Below are positions 40,345-48,829 of a stretch of DNA of 56,418 nt, piece by piece (position 1 is the first letter of the stretch; the number at the start of each line of letters is the position of its first letter). Source of the DNA: Bdellovibrionota bacterium FG-1. GTDB lineage: Bacteria > Bdellovibrionota > UBA1018. The notes beneath the pieces are model-generated. The model searched no databases. It worked only from the letters and a program-made list of their open reading frames with translations, and was not told where the DNA came from. The position numbers and the translations under genes were made by a program. The stretch lies in assembly GCA_051382295.1 (NCBI GenBank), contig JBBCAW010000054.1:1-56418 (forward strand), read 5' to 3'.

Positions 40345-41535
40345 CTAAGCCAAAGCCTCCCATGGATAGAGTTCAACCTGATCCACCTGAATGGTCTCAT
40401 GCCCTCCATAGAGACAAAGCAGCTCGGTGGGCTTTAGTTTCTTGATGACACCACTAAAGGCACGAAGACTTCGTCGATCAAATTTTTCTTCACCCAGAAT
40501 CAGCACTGCCTTGAGCCGGTTTTTGTCTTCAATCAATAAGTGAACCAAGGCGCCCTTGGCGGCGCGGTAGTAACTGAGTTTTGTATCTAGCAAAGACTGG
40601 CCGGAATAACTCAGTTGAGCGGAAACCTCCAATACGAGTTGCGTGTAAAGCAACCGTTCAACGGAGGCGCCCAATCGTGAGGCGAGTCCAGAATCACAGA
40701 GGAGATAAAGATCCTTGCCCGTGCTTTGCTGATGGGGGCGAATTTTTTGAATGGCAAAGAGTTGTTCCAATAGATTGAGGTGAGTTTTTACGCGCCGCAG
40801 ATCTTTTTTAACAAAGTCGCGAATCGAAGTGACGTCGGGGTGCTCCAGCGTCGCAATCCCTTCGAGAATCGAAAGAGCCAGCTCCGGATCCGGTCGCACT
40901 GCGCCTTTGAATTGAAGGAGATCTCTAAAGGCGGTCACTTCGATCCATTCTTGTAACTTTTGAGTTCGTTCAGCCTCCGAACGAAGTGCGAAAATGCCCG
41001 GCAACCCCCCTCCTCGGAGGCTCTCGATAAACTGCTCACGTCGAATGCGGGGTTTTTTATGCAATACGAGTGTGGTTTTAGAACTCAGAGAAGGCGGAAG
41101 CTCGTGAGCCTCCGCCAACGTCAGCGGAAAAAGTCGTTGTCGACTGAGCCGCCCCGTCAGGGACTCACGAATCATGACCTCGCGTGAAAACTCAGTCGAT
41201 CCTAAAAGTAAAAACTGACCCCGGTTTTTGTGAACATCTACCCGGGCTTTAATCTCATCAAACAGATCGGGAGCCTTTTGAGCCTCATCAATGGCGAGGT
41301 GCTTGCTTTTTGCATACTCCGATAAAAAGAGAGAGGGAGTATTTTGAGCCATCTCTCTCGTTTGCCTCAAATCGAGCGTGACATAACGATAGTCAGCACC
41401 CAGTTCCGCCGGAAGAACCTCACGCGCCAAAAAGCTCTTGCCACACTGACGCGGACCTTGAATCGTGACGATCGGAGAAAATTGAAGTTTTCGTTTTAAC
41501 TCCGAAATAGCAAACCGAGTGCGTGAATGAGGCAT
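40345..41535 (-). CDS. AAA_14 ATPase with DUF4143 domain
   Basis: GPRQCGKS, IDEAQKAPDLF, FLLLGS, ESLTGR, GGLP, K.YL.DSGL. Confidence 0.88.
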   Translation of the reverse strand: MPHSRTRFAISELKRKLQFSPIVTIQGPRQCGKSFLAREVLPAELGADYRYVTLDLRQTREMAQNTPSLFLSEYAKSKHLAIDEAQKAPDLFDEIKARVDVHKNRGQFLLLGSTEFSREVMIRESLTGRLSRQRLFPLTLAEAHELPPSLSSKTTLVLHKKPRIRREQFIESLRGGGLPGIFALRSEAERTQKLQEWIEVTAFRDLLQFKGAVRPDPELALSILEGIATLEHPDVTSIRDFVKKDLRRVKTHLNLLEQLFAIQKIRPHQQSTGKDLYLLCDSGLASRLGASVERLLYTQLVLEVSAQLSYSGQSLLDTKLSYYRAAKGALVHLLIEDKNRLKAVLILGEEKFDRRSLRAFSGVIKKLKPTELLCLYGGHETIQVDQVELYPWEALA

Positions 41536-41674
41536 GTTATAAACTATTAAAACATACCTATTTTGGACATTCAATGTCGTTTTAAGGGAGGTAAGTAGAT
41601 TCAAAAATATTGATGCATTGCGTCATTTTTTATGCTAAATCCGTCTTTGTCTTTAAGAAAGGATAAACCAAACC

Positions 41675-41953
41675 ATGAAAACCCCCATGATTCTGAGTGT
41701 CGCTACCCTCGCCCTTTTATCGAGCCTCTTATCCGTTCAGGCTGCCGAGCAGCCGCTACCCCAGACAGAGCAAGCCTGCCCCAAAATTTCCCATCAAACC
41801 ATCCAAGACCTTGTCCATCAGGGCGTCCTCAAGGAGGATCCTATGACGGGTGAATACGAGATCAATGTCGAAGTCCTTCGCGCTTTGAAAAAAGAAGGGC
41901 GATTTAAGGAGAGTGACATAGCTGGAGAAGGTAGGATCTGCGAAGGTGTTTAG
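41675..41953 (+). CDS. Small secreted protein; candidate precursor peptide of the YcaO operon
   Basis: RBS AAGGA; Sec signal ending VQA; 92 aa; C-terminal tail SDIAGEGRICEGV; first gene of a tight operon. Confidence 0.75.
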   Translation: MKTPMILSVATLALLSSLLSVQAAEQPLPQTEQACPKISHQTIQDLVHQGVLKEDPMTGEYEINVEVLRALKKEGRFKESDIAGEGRICEGV

Positions 41954-41957
41954 GCTT

Positions 41958-43517
41958 ATGGCCTTGTCATTCGGTAGAAAATTCATTTTGATTTCTATTT
42001 TTATCACAAGCCTCCTAGTTATTTTGGCGTTAAAAACCAGCTTATTCAAAGGATTAGCTTTCAATCGAGGTGAACAGCAGATGAAAGTAAGAATTGGTTT
42101 CAATTCAACCACATCCGTAACTGAGTTTGACCCCACTCGTATTCGCTTGGTTTCCGAAGCGGTCGTTCTTGATAACCTCTTTAGTCCGCTGATTCGGACC
42201 GCCGATGATGGAAGTATTTTTCCAGATGCTGCAGAAAAGTATTTCTGGGACGGAAACGAGCTTCACTTTGTGATGCGATCGGATCTCAAGACGGTCGACG
42301 GCGATCCCATCACGGCCGAAGACGCCGAGGTCACCTTTAAACGGCTTTTGATTGATCGAGATAATGCTCATGGGGATCTTCAGACTTTTCTGTGCCCCAA
42401 CGCCAAGATTAAATCGATCCACGATCGCTGTGAAGGGATGCGAGTCGAAGGAAATCATTTCATCTTAAAGGTACTGAAGGCTGAGTATCGCCCTTTTTTG
42501 ATGCAGATGCTGATCAATATGGATTTTGGAATTATTCCAAGAATTGCTTTGGATCAATCCACCCCACTTCCGAAAATAAAAAATTATCGAAAAACATCGG
42601 GGCCCTATTACGTCGAAAAAGAGGACCACCCAGGTGCGTTTGTGCTCAGAGCCAACCCCCATCATTGGCTAAGCAAAACGGGGATTCCGGAGATTTTAGA
42701 ATTTCATCCCTTCGAACTTCCGGAGCAGGCTTTAGAGGCTTTGGCAAAAGGACAAGTGGACTACGTGTCAGGAGTTCATACCGAGGGAACAAAAGAAATC
42801 ACGGAAATGAGGAAAAACCCAGACCTCCGTTTTTTTGATACTCAACCCATTAAAAAATTCATCGTGGCCACCACCCGCGACCGGTTAAAGAACTTTAGTG
42901 CGGAAGAACGGCAAGCGGTTTTTGAGCTTTTTAGAAAAGCGTATTTTAAAGAATTTGAAGGAACGGATTGGAAACCCTCGCTTGAATTTTTCCCGGTTTT
43001 TGGCGAGGGAGGACTTACCCCCGAGCAGCGTAAGGCGTTTGATGAGTGGAGAGAGAAAGCGTCGAAGACGCCCATTCATCGGCCATTCACGCTGGCTACT
43101 GGTAAGAGACGAATCAAGATGCTTCGAAAGCTTTTTCAAAATGAACCGCTGGTTCAGGTGGTCGAAGTCAAAACCGCCGCACCATTTTTAAGACCAGAGG
43201 AACGTCCAGATTTTTACGTTACTCCAATTGATACCGGTTTTTTTGAAAGCATCAACCTCGTCAGCTACAATATTAAGGCCCAAAAATTTGACCTCTCACC
43301 CGAGGAAGGTCGCGTGTGGCTCGGCAAGTATATGAGCCTTCCGGAAAAAGAGCAGCGGCTCGCCATGCTGCGCGAGCTTCATCTGGACGCCCTTAAAAAA
43401 GGGTTAATCGGTGTGATTGCAGAGTCGCCCTACACTCATATCACCCGAAAGCCGTTTCGGTATGACGGCGGAAAATATTTTGCAGGATCGGAGTTATGGC
43501 CCATCCGTCAAGATTGA
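41958..43517 (+). CDS. Membrane-anchored ABC-type peptide substrate-binding protein (family 5, OppA/DppA-like)
   Basis: N-terminal TM; FDP, NLFSPL, GDPITAEDA..TFKR, SGPYYV, L.ANPHHW; no permease genes nearby. Confidence 0.8.
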   Translation: MALSFGRKFILISIFITSLLVILALKTSLFKGLAFNRGEQQMKVRIGFNSTTSVTEFDPTRIRLVSEAVVLDNLFSPLIRTADDGSIFPDAAEKYFWDGNELHFVMRSDLKTVDGDPITAEDAEVTFKRLLIDRDNAHGDLQTFLCPNAKIKSIHDRCEGMRVEGNHFILKVLKAEYRPFLMQMLINMDFGIIPRIALDQSTPLPKIKNYRKTSGPYYVEKEDHPGAFVLRANPHHWLSKTGIPEILEFHPFELPEQALEALAKGQVDYVSGVHTEGTKEITEMRKNPDLRFFDTQPIKKFIVATTRDRLKNFSAEERQAVFELFRKAYFKEFEGTDWKPSLEFFPVFGEGGLTPEQRKAFDEWREKASKTPIHRPFTLATGKRRIKMLRKLFQNEPLVQVVEVKTAAPFLRPEERPDFYVTPIDTGFFESINLVSYNIKAQKFDLSPEEGRVWLGKYMSLPEKEQRLAMLRELHLDALKKGLIGVIAESPYTHITRKPFRYDGGKYFAGSELWPIRQD

Positions 43518-44512
43518 GCCTCTGGGCTTTCCTTCATCGAGAAACCCTTCAACTGCAAGTCACCGAATTTGCATGGCCAAAGCAACTCGACCTAAAACTT
43601 TCTGACATCGAAGTTCGCCTCACATTGGATAATCGACCTTTCACTGGGCGTGGGACTGCCGCTACCTCGGAGCTGGCTTTCGATATTGCGCTGGCAGAAG
43701 CTTTGGAAAGAGGCGTCCAATACTCTGCTCGCCAAAGCGGCCAAACCTATGCAGGATTCGCGGCGCACATCACCGAAGAACTCGCATCCCAATCTTCGAT
43801 CCAGGAACTCATCGAAAGAGACTCCTTTTTTTGCCACTTTTATACCCAAACGCCTTTTTTAGAAGAAATCGATCCATCCATTCTAGGCGAGGCCTGGGAG
43901 CAGATTTCGAAATACCTTAAAAAGCACCAAACCGCGTTGCGATCTTTTAGGATGAGAACGCCTAACGGATTTACGGGGGTATTTACCGCCGCAAACGGTC
44001 CTCATGCCTCCCGCCCTTTTCAATTGATTCTAGGATTGGGGTGTTCCTCAGAGGAGAATTTGCCCCTGTTGAAAGCACTTCAATCGTCGATCTGGGAGTG
44101 CCTTCGAAACCTCACGGCATGGTTAGAAAACATTTCCGAAAGGGCGCTCACGCTCTCGGAATTTCTATCTCTTCCTCATCCTGGCCCAAAAGAGCATCAA
44201 AGTTTGGCCATGAGTTTAGATCATCGTACGGGAATAGATTCCCTTTTTCCAACAACGGCAATGCCGACGCTGGCTTCCGAAGTACAGGGCACCAACTCCG
44301 GCCTTGCTTCTGACTTGATTCAGACCAAACGCATCCCGTTCCCGACTAAGAATATACCCGCCCCACCCTTGGTATTTATGGGTGCGACCCACCCTGAGGC
44401 CATTCAGACTCAGTTTGGAAAATCCCATTTTTCAGATCAAAAACTCGGCCGTCTAAAGCGGTTCAATCCGAATATGAAGGCTATTTTTACAGAGCCCCAC
44501 CCCATAGGATAG
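43496..44512 (+). CDS. YcaO-like family protein (compact, stand-alone)
   Basis: TGRG, ALAEALER, GFAAH, ELIERD, LGLGC and Pro-rich C-terminus EPHPIG, in YcaO order. Confidence 0.8.
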   Translation: MAHPSRLSLWAFLHRETLQLQVTEFAWPKQLDLKLSDIEVRLTLDNRPFTGRGTAATSELAFDIALAEALERGVQYSARQSGQTYAGFAAHITEELASQSSIQELIERDSFFCHFYTQTPFLEEIDPSILGEAWEQISKYLKKHQTALRSFRMRTPNGFTGVFTAANGPHASRPFQLILGLGCSSEENLPLLKALQSSIWECLRNLTAWLENISERALTLSEFLSLPHPGPKEHQSLAMSLDHRTGIDSLFPTTAMPTLASEVQGTNSGLASDLIQTKRIPFPTKNIPAPPLVFMGATHPEAIQTQFGKSHFSDQKLGRLKRFNPNMKAIFTEPHPIG

Positions 44513-44514
44513 TT

Positions 44515-46452
44515 ATGAAGCATTCACCTGCCTCTTTTGAAAAAGAAATGAGAAGAATTCGCCTTCAAATCTTGAGTGTCGGAATTATTCTGTTTCTATT
44601 ATCTTGCGTCCTGAGGGTTGGTTTGACTTACAAGAATCGCCAAGAAACAGCCCATGCGATCGGTCTCTCTGTCGAGCGAAATCTCCAAATTGGCGATAAC
44701 CGTGAAGTCCTCTTGAGCCTAGAACGAGGGACGCAGGGAGTTTTCAGCGGCGTGAGATATCAAGAGACCCTTCCCTCTGGACAAAAGCACATCCTTTTTG
44801 AATTAGGCGGATCCAAATCTAGTTTTGGAGAATGGACAGTTCGGTATTCCGTCCGATCTAACCCATTTTTTCAGGGAACCACAGAACTCCTGTTTTACTT
44901 TAGTCCATTTGAAGGGATCGGTTTCCTGATCTTACTTGTCATTCCGCTATTTGCCATGCTCGCTTGGTGGATTCTAAGAAAGGCCGCCTCCAACCTTTCT
45001 GAACAAATCGAAATAAGTACCACCGCCCAAAAGGCGAACGCACGAAATCAGCTCGCAGCCCAGGTCGCGCATGATATTCGAAGCCCACTGGCCGCCCTCG
45101 ATATGGTTTTGGGTGACCTGTCTGGCATTGACGAGGATCGCCGAGTCATGATTCGAAGTGCGGTGACCAGAATTAAAGATATCGCCAACAACTTATTGGA
45201 AAAAAACCGAAATCCTCTCCAAACCGAAAGCAAAGAGGCCAGCTCCGTGCATCTGGTTTCTGCGGTTTTAGACGGTCTGGTCACTGAGAAGCGTACCCAA
45301 TATAGGTCCAAGCTTGGAATGGAGATTTCCTTTGAGTTAACCGCTACTTCATATGGTCTTTTTGCAGAGGTTCAGCTTGTGGAGTTTAAGCGAGTTATTT
45401 CTAATCTCATCAACAACAGCGTAGAGGCTATGGATAGCGATGGGTTAGTCCAACTTCATCTTTTAGCTACAAATGACGAAATCAAAATCACGGTGCGAGA
45501 TACGGGCAAAGGCATCCCTCCTGAAATTCTTCCTCGCCTCATGTCTCGGGGCGAAACTCATGGAAAGAAGGGGGGCTCCGGGCTGGGGCTATTTCACGCA
45601 AAGCAAAGTATTGAAAGCTGGAAAGGCCAGATGATCCTTTCATCGGAAATAGGAAAGGGCACACAAGTCGTAATCACTCTACCTCGCGCGAAAAGTCCCT
45701 CATGGTTTGTGTCAGACCTCTCGATTTCCCCAGGGTCGCATCTCGTCATCCTCGATGATGACGAAAGTATTCATCAAATTTGGCAAGGGCGGGCCGATGC
45801 TGCTCGATTGAGTGCGCATGGAATTGAGCTAATCCATCTTTCCACTCCATCCGATCTTCGCGCGTGGATTGAACAGGCTAAAACTTTTTCTACACCCGTG
45901 CAGTATCTGTTGGATTTTGAACTTGTGGGCTTCAAAGAAACGGGCTTAGATTTGGCGGAAAAATTGAACATCTCCAAGCAAAGCATTCTGGTGACCAGCC
46001 GCTACGAAGAACCAGTTATTCGTGAGCGATGCCAGAAACTTCATATCCCTCTCATCCCCAAGGGAATGGCAGGTTTTGTACCCATTAAAATAGTAGAAGC
46101 CGCAAAACCCCACCAAAAACCTGACGCTATCCTGATTGACGACGACCCGCTTGTTCATCTCACCTGGAAAGTCGCAGCCAAAAGAGCAGGCGCCACTTTC
46201 GCAATTTTCGACTCTTTAGGCGCATTTTTGGAGCAGGCCGCTGAATTTGATCGAAATACACCTGTTTACATTGATTCATTTTTGGGTAAAGACACTCATG
46301 GAAATGAAATTCAGGGCGAATTAGTGTCCCAGGAGATCTTTCGCTTTGGGTTCAAGACCATTTACCTTGCCACCGGACTACCGCCTCAGGATATGAAGCT
46401 TTATCCATGGCTTTCGGGTGTTCGCGGTAAAGAACCACCGATGGCAACCTAG
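44515..46452 (+). CDS. Membrane sensor histidine kinase with two C-terminal receiver-like domains
   Basis: Two TMs; QVAHDIRSPL, NLINNSVEA, DTGKGI, GSGLGL; ILDDDESIHQIW and LIDDDPLVHLTW receiver starts. Confidence 0.9.
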   Translation: MKHSPASFEKEMRRIRLQILSVGIILFLLSCVLRVGLTYKNRQETAHAIGLSVERNLQIGDNREVLLSLERGTQGVFSGVRYQETLPSGQKHILFELGGSKSSFGEWTVRYSVRSNPFFQGTTELLFYFSPFEGIGFLILLVIPLFAMLAWWILRKAASNLSEQIEISTTAQKANARNQLAAQVAHDIRSPLAALDMVLGDLSGIDEDRRVMIRSAVTRIKDIANNLLEKNRNPLQTESKEASSVHLVSAVLDGLVTEKRTQYRSKLGMEISFELTATSYGLFAEVQLVEFKRVISNLINNSVEAMDSDGLVQLHLLATNDEIKITVRDTGKGIPPEILPRLMSRGETHGKKGGSGLGLFHAKQSIESWKGQMILSSEIGKGTQVVITLPRAKSPSWFVSDLSISPGSHLVILDDDESIHQIWQGRADAARLSAHGIELIHLSTPSDLRAWIEQAKTFSTPVQYLLDFELVGFKETGLDLAEKLNISKQSILVTSRYEEPVIRERCQKLHIPLIPKGMAGFVPIKIVEAAKPHQKPDAILIDDDPLVHLTWKVAAKRAGATFAIFDSLGAFLEQAAEFDRNTPVYIDSFLGKDTHGNEIQGELVSQEIFRFGFKTIYLATGLPPQDMKLYPWLSGVRGKEPPMAT

Positions 46453-46991
46453 GTTGAGATTGCGGGACGCATCAGCAACGCCTCGACAATCTCCGTTTCG
46501 CTACAACATTTTTTCTTCGCGGCTTTTTTGAGACATTCAATAGCCATCGGATCCAGTCGGAAGGTTTTAACGACCTTCTTTTTGCTCGACGGCTTTACCC
46601 GTTTATCCCGAAGCTGAAAATCGGCCCATACCTTCATTTTTTCATAAGGTATTTCACAAAAATCTTCGCCCATCTCTTCACCTTTTCTCAACTGATCAAC
46701 GACACGAGCTAAATCCATGTGAATCAAAGGATCCAAATCAAAATGCTTCCCCAAGCGCAGAACCGCCGCAGGCAAAACCTCCAGAATACGAGGCTCAACA
46801 TTTTGCCCCGCCCACATCGCGCCATCCAGTTTCAATCGCTTATTAGGAAGCAGCGGAATATCAAGGTTAGTTCGCAAGAAACCCTTCGCCACCAAAAACC
46901 CCATCGTCTCGATAAAACGAGGATCACGCCGATTTTTGGCATCCTGTTTTGCCTTCTTCTTAATTTCTTGAATCAGAGCTTCTCGGGTCAT
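46449..46991 (-). CDS. Hypothetical protein with C-terminal ribbon-helix-helix-like segment
   Basis: RBS GGAGG; KTFRLDPMAIECLKKAA...SETEIVE. Confidence 0.65.
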   Translation of the reverse strand: MTREALIQEIKKKAKQDAKNRRDPRFIETMGFLVAKGFLRTNLDIPLLPNKRLKLDGAMWAGQNVEPRILEVLPAAVLRLGKHFDLDPLIHMDLARVVDQLRKGEEMGEDFCEIPYEKMKVWADFQLRDKRVKPSSKKKVVKTFRLDPMAIECLKKAAKKKCCSETEIVEALLMRPAIST

Positions 46992-47287
46992 GTAAAATCC
47001 TCCAATCGGCCCCCGGGGGCGACCGCCTCACGGATCAGCGGCATATACGCTCAGTTTACAGTGTTCATAATATGCTGTATATACGATATTTTAACCCGTA
47101 ATTCATATAACTTACTAGCAAAAAGAAAATCAATCCCTATACTACTCCCGACTTGTTTCAGACTAATTAATTAAAAATGAATTAACACAGGGTTTTTAAA
47201 ATTAGATAGATCTTTTCTAGACAGATTAAGTCGGCTATTTATTGACGCACCAGATCATTTGTTTTATATAACTCAAGGAGATTTCTT

Positions 47288-48376
47288 ATGTTGTTCCCTA
47301 AGCTTTTAAAAATCAGTCCGTTTGTGATCCTAACCCTACTGAACCTTTACTCCCTCACCGCTCATGCGGCTAAGGAGGGGGGCGTGAGTGGCGGAGGGGG
47401 CGATGCTTCCGAAGTCCGAGTGAACGACATTCGTGCGGATATCTTGAAATGGATCGGTGAAGGCGGTGCCGAGACGCTCAAGCTTCCGTCCGGAATCACC
47501 CGCGAATTTTATCGCGCCGGCATGGAAAAATTTCTAGCCCCTCACGCGGTCGTGGTGGGTTTTGTGAGCACGGCGCAAGAAACCTTGACTCCAAATCCAG
47601 AAGGCAAAGTGAGCGTCAATGGTTTAGCCAAAACTTGTCGGGGCTTTGTTTCGAGCAAGGACGGACTCCCCCATATTCTTTGCAATGCGGAACGCTTTGC
47701 GGCCAATTCGGAATCCCAACAGTACCAACTCATTCATCATGAGTTTGCCGGCCTAGCAGGCTTGGAGCAAAATATTGGAGCTTCGTCCGATTATCAGCTT
47801 TCTAAGCAACTGACGGATTTTTTAGTAGCACAGACCGTGTTGCGATTGGCGGTAAAACGGAACGTGTCCGCCACGCCCTATATTCCGGACGGCGCATCCG
47901 AAACTGACAAGGCGTTTATTGGGCTTGAGGGAAGCTATACCAAAATTTCAGGGACGGGTAATTGTCCACTCGCGTTTGAAATCGAGGCCTATGGGGGCGG
48001 AAAATATGAAAAAGCACGACTCAACGTCCGCAAGACCGGTGGTTCGGCAACTTTTGACGAAGGAGAGATGAGCCAAGAGACGTATGAAACGAGCTATAAC
48101 TGGACAGAGATCTATTCCAGCTGCACAAAGGACAAGTTAGTCACCTACCTCAATCCAAAAACCGGATACGTGGTGCATTCAAACGTTACATTCATCAGCT
48201 TTTTTCCTGGCGTGATTCACTGGCTTGAGGCCCCCGCCTGGGTCCGGACATCTCTCTTTTTCAAGAAAAACAGCAGCGGGATTCTTCATTTTGCAAAACA
48301 GATTGATACTAAGGGCACTGATGCGGCGACATGGCAACAGGCCATCAACTTCAACTGCCTCTATCGTGCGCAGTAA
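47288..48376 (+). CDS. Secreted hypothetical protein, paralogue 2
   Basis: 362 aa; first 73 aa identical to 38475-39563. Confidence 0.85.
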   Translation: MLFPKLLKISPFVILTLLNLYSLTAHAAKEGGVSGGGGDASEVRVNDIRADILKWIGEGGAETLKLPSGITREFYRAGMEKFLAPHAVVVGFVSTAQETLTPNPEGKVSVNGLAKTCRGFVSSKDGLPHILCNAERFAANSESQQYQLIHHEFAGLAGLEQNIGASSDYQLSKQLTDFLVAQTVLRLAVKRNVSATPYIPDGASETDKAFIGLEGSYTKISGTGNCPLAFEIEAYGGGKYEKARLNVRKTGGSATFDEGEMSQETYETSYNWTEIYSSCTKDKLVTYLNPKTGYVVHSNVTFISFFPGVIHWLEAPAWVRTSLFFKKNSSGILHFAKQIDTKGTDAATWQQAINFNCLYRAQ

Positions 48377-48393
48377 ATACAAGTCATACCCCT

Positions 48394-48428
48394 GGGGCGC
48401 TCGCATTAGCGGGGGCCCCGATTTTTTT
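48394..48428 (+). terminator. Rho-independent terminator
   Basis: GGGGCGCTCGC-ATTA-GCGGGGGCCCC hairpin followed by ATTTTTTT. Confidence 0.7.
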
Positions 48429-48505
48429 CCGATCAGAATCTCACCGCCGCTGCGGCGGCGATTTACGAGCATGAAGTTCATTGTCAATCATAAGGGTTTA
48501 CCGGT

Positions 48506-48817
48506 TCACCTGGGACGTTTGCGTGCGGTAAAATACCGCTCCTTTTCACTATCCGGAAGTAGCGCGAGTGCTCGTTTTAAAAACGCAAGGAACTCTCTTC
48601 TCAGTGCAAACCGAGGGTTCCAGGAGAACATTCGAGTTTTGCCTTTAAGCTGACTGACCAGTATTCCACCGGCTTCGAACTTGAGGAGTTGCTTTTGAAC
48701 TGAGAAAACGGGAACGTCAAAAACCGTTGCAACCTCTTTGGCATAGCACTCATCGTAATTCGCCAGGTAGAGCAAGACCTTCTCCGCTGTCTTATTTCCA
48801 AGAATTACTTCAATCAT
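48506..48817 (-). CDS. Winged-helix (ArsR-like) regulator/antitoxin-like protein
   Basis: LGNKTAEKVLLYL...YAKEVA...VQKQLLKFE.GGILVS..GKTR.F.WNPR. Confidence 0.8.
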   Translation of the reverse strand: MIEVILGNKTAEKVLLYLANYDECYAKEVATVFDVPVFSVQKQLLKFEAGGILVSQLKGKTRMFSWNPRFALRREFLAFLKRALALLPDSEKERYFTARKRPR

Positions 48818-48829
48818 AGAACTTCATCG

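Larger units (their letters stand above)
47170..48428 (+). repeat. Direct repeat copy 2 (promoter + 362-aa gene + terminator)
   Basis: Colinear with 38358-39610. Confidence 0.9.

Noticed and set aside
41958..43517. Ordinary oligopeptide ABC importer
   Set aside because: No permease or ATPase genes are adjacent and the gene is embedded with YcaO and a kinase; trans-encoded permeases cannot be excluded.
38475..48376. Diversity-generating retroelement (template/variable repeat pair)
   Set aside because: Both copies are full ORFs, the differences are not adenine-specific, and no reverse transcriptase is present in the window.
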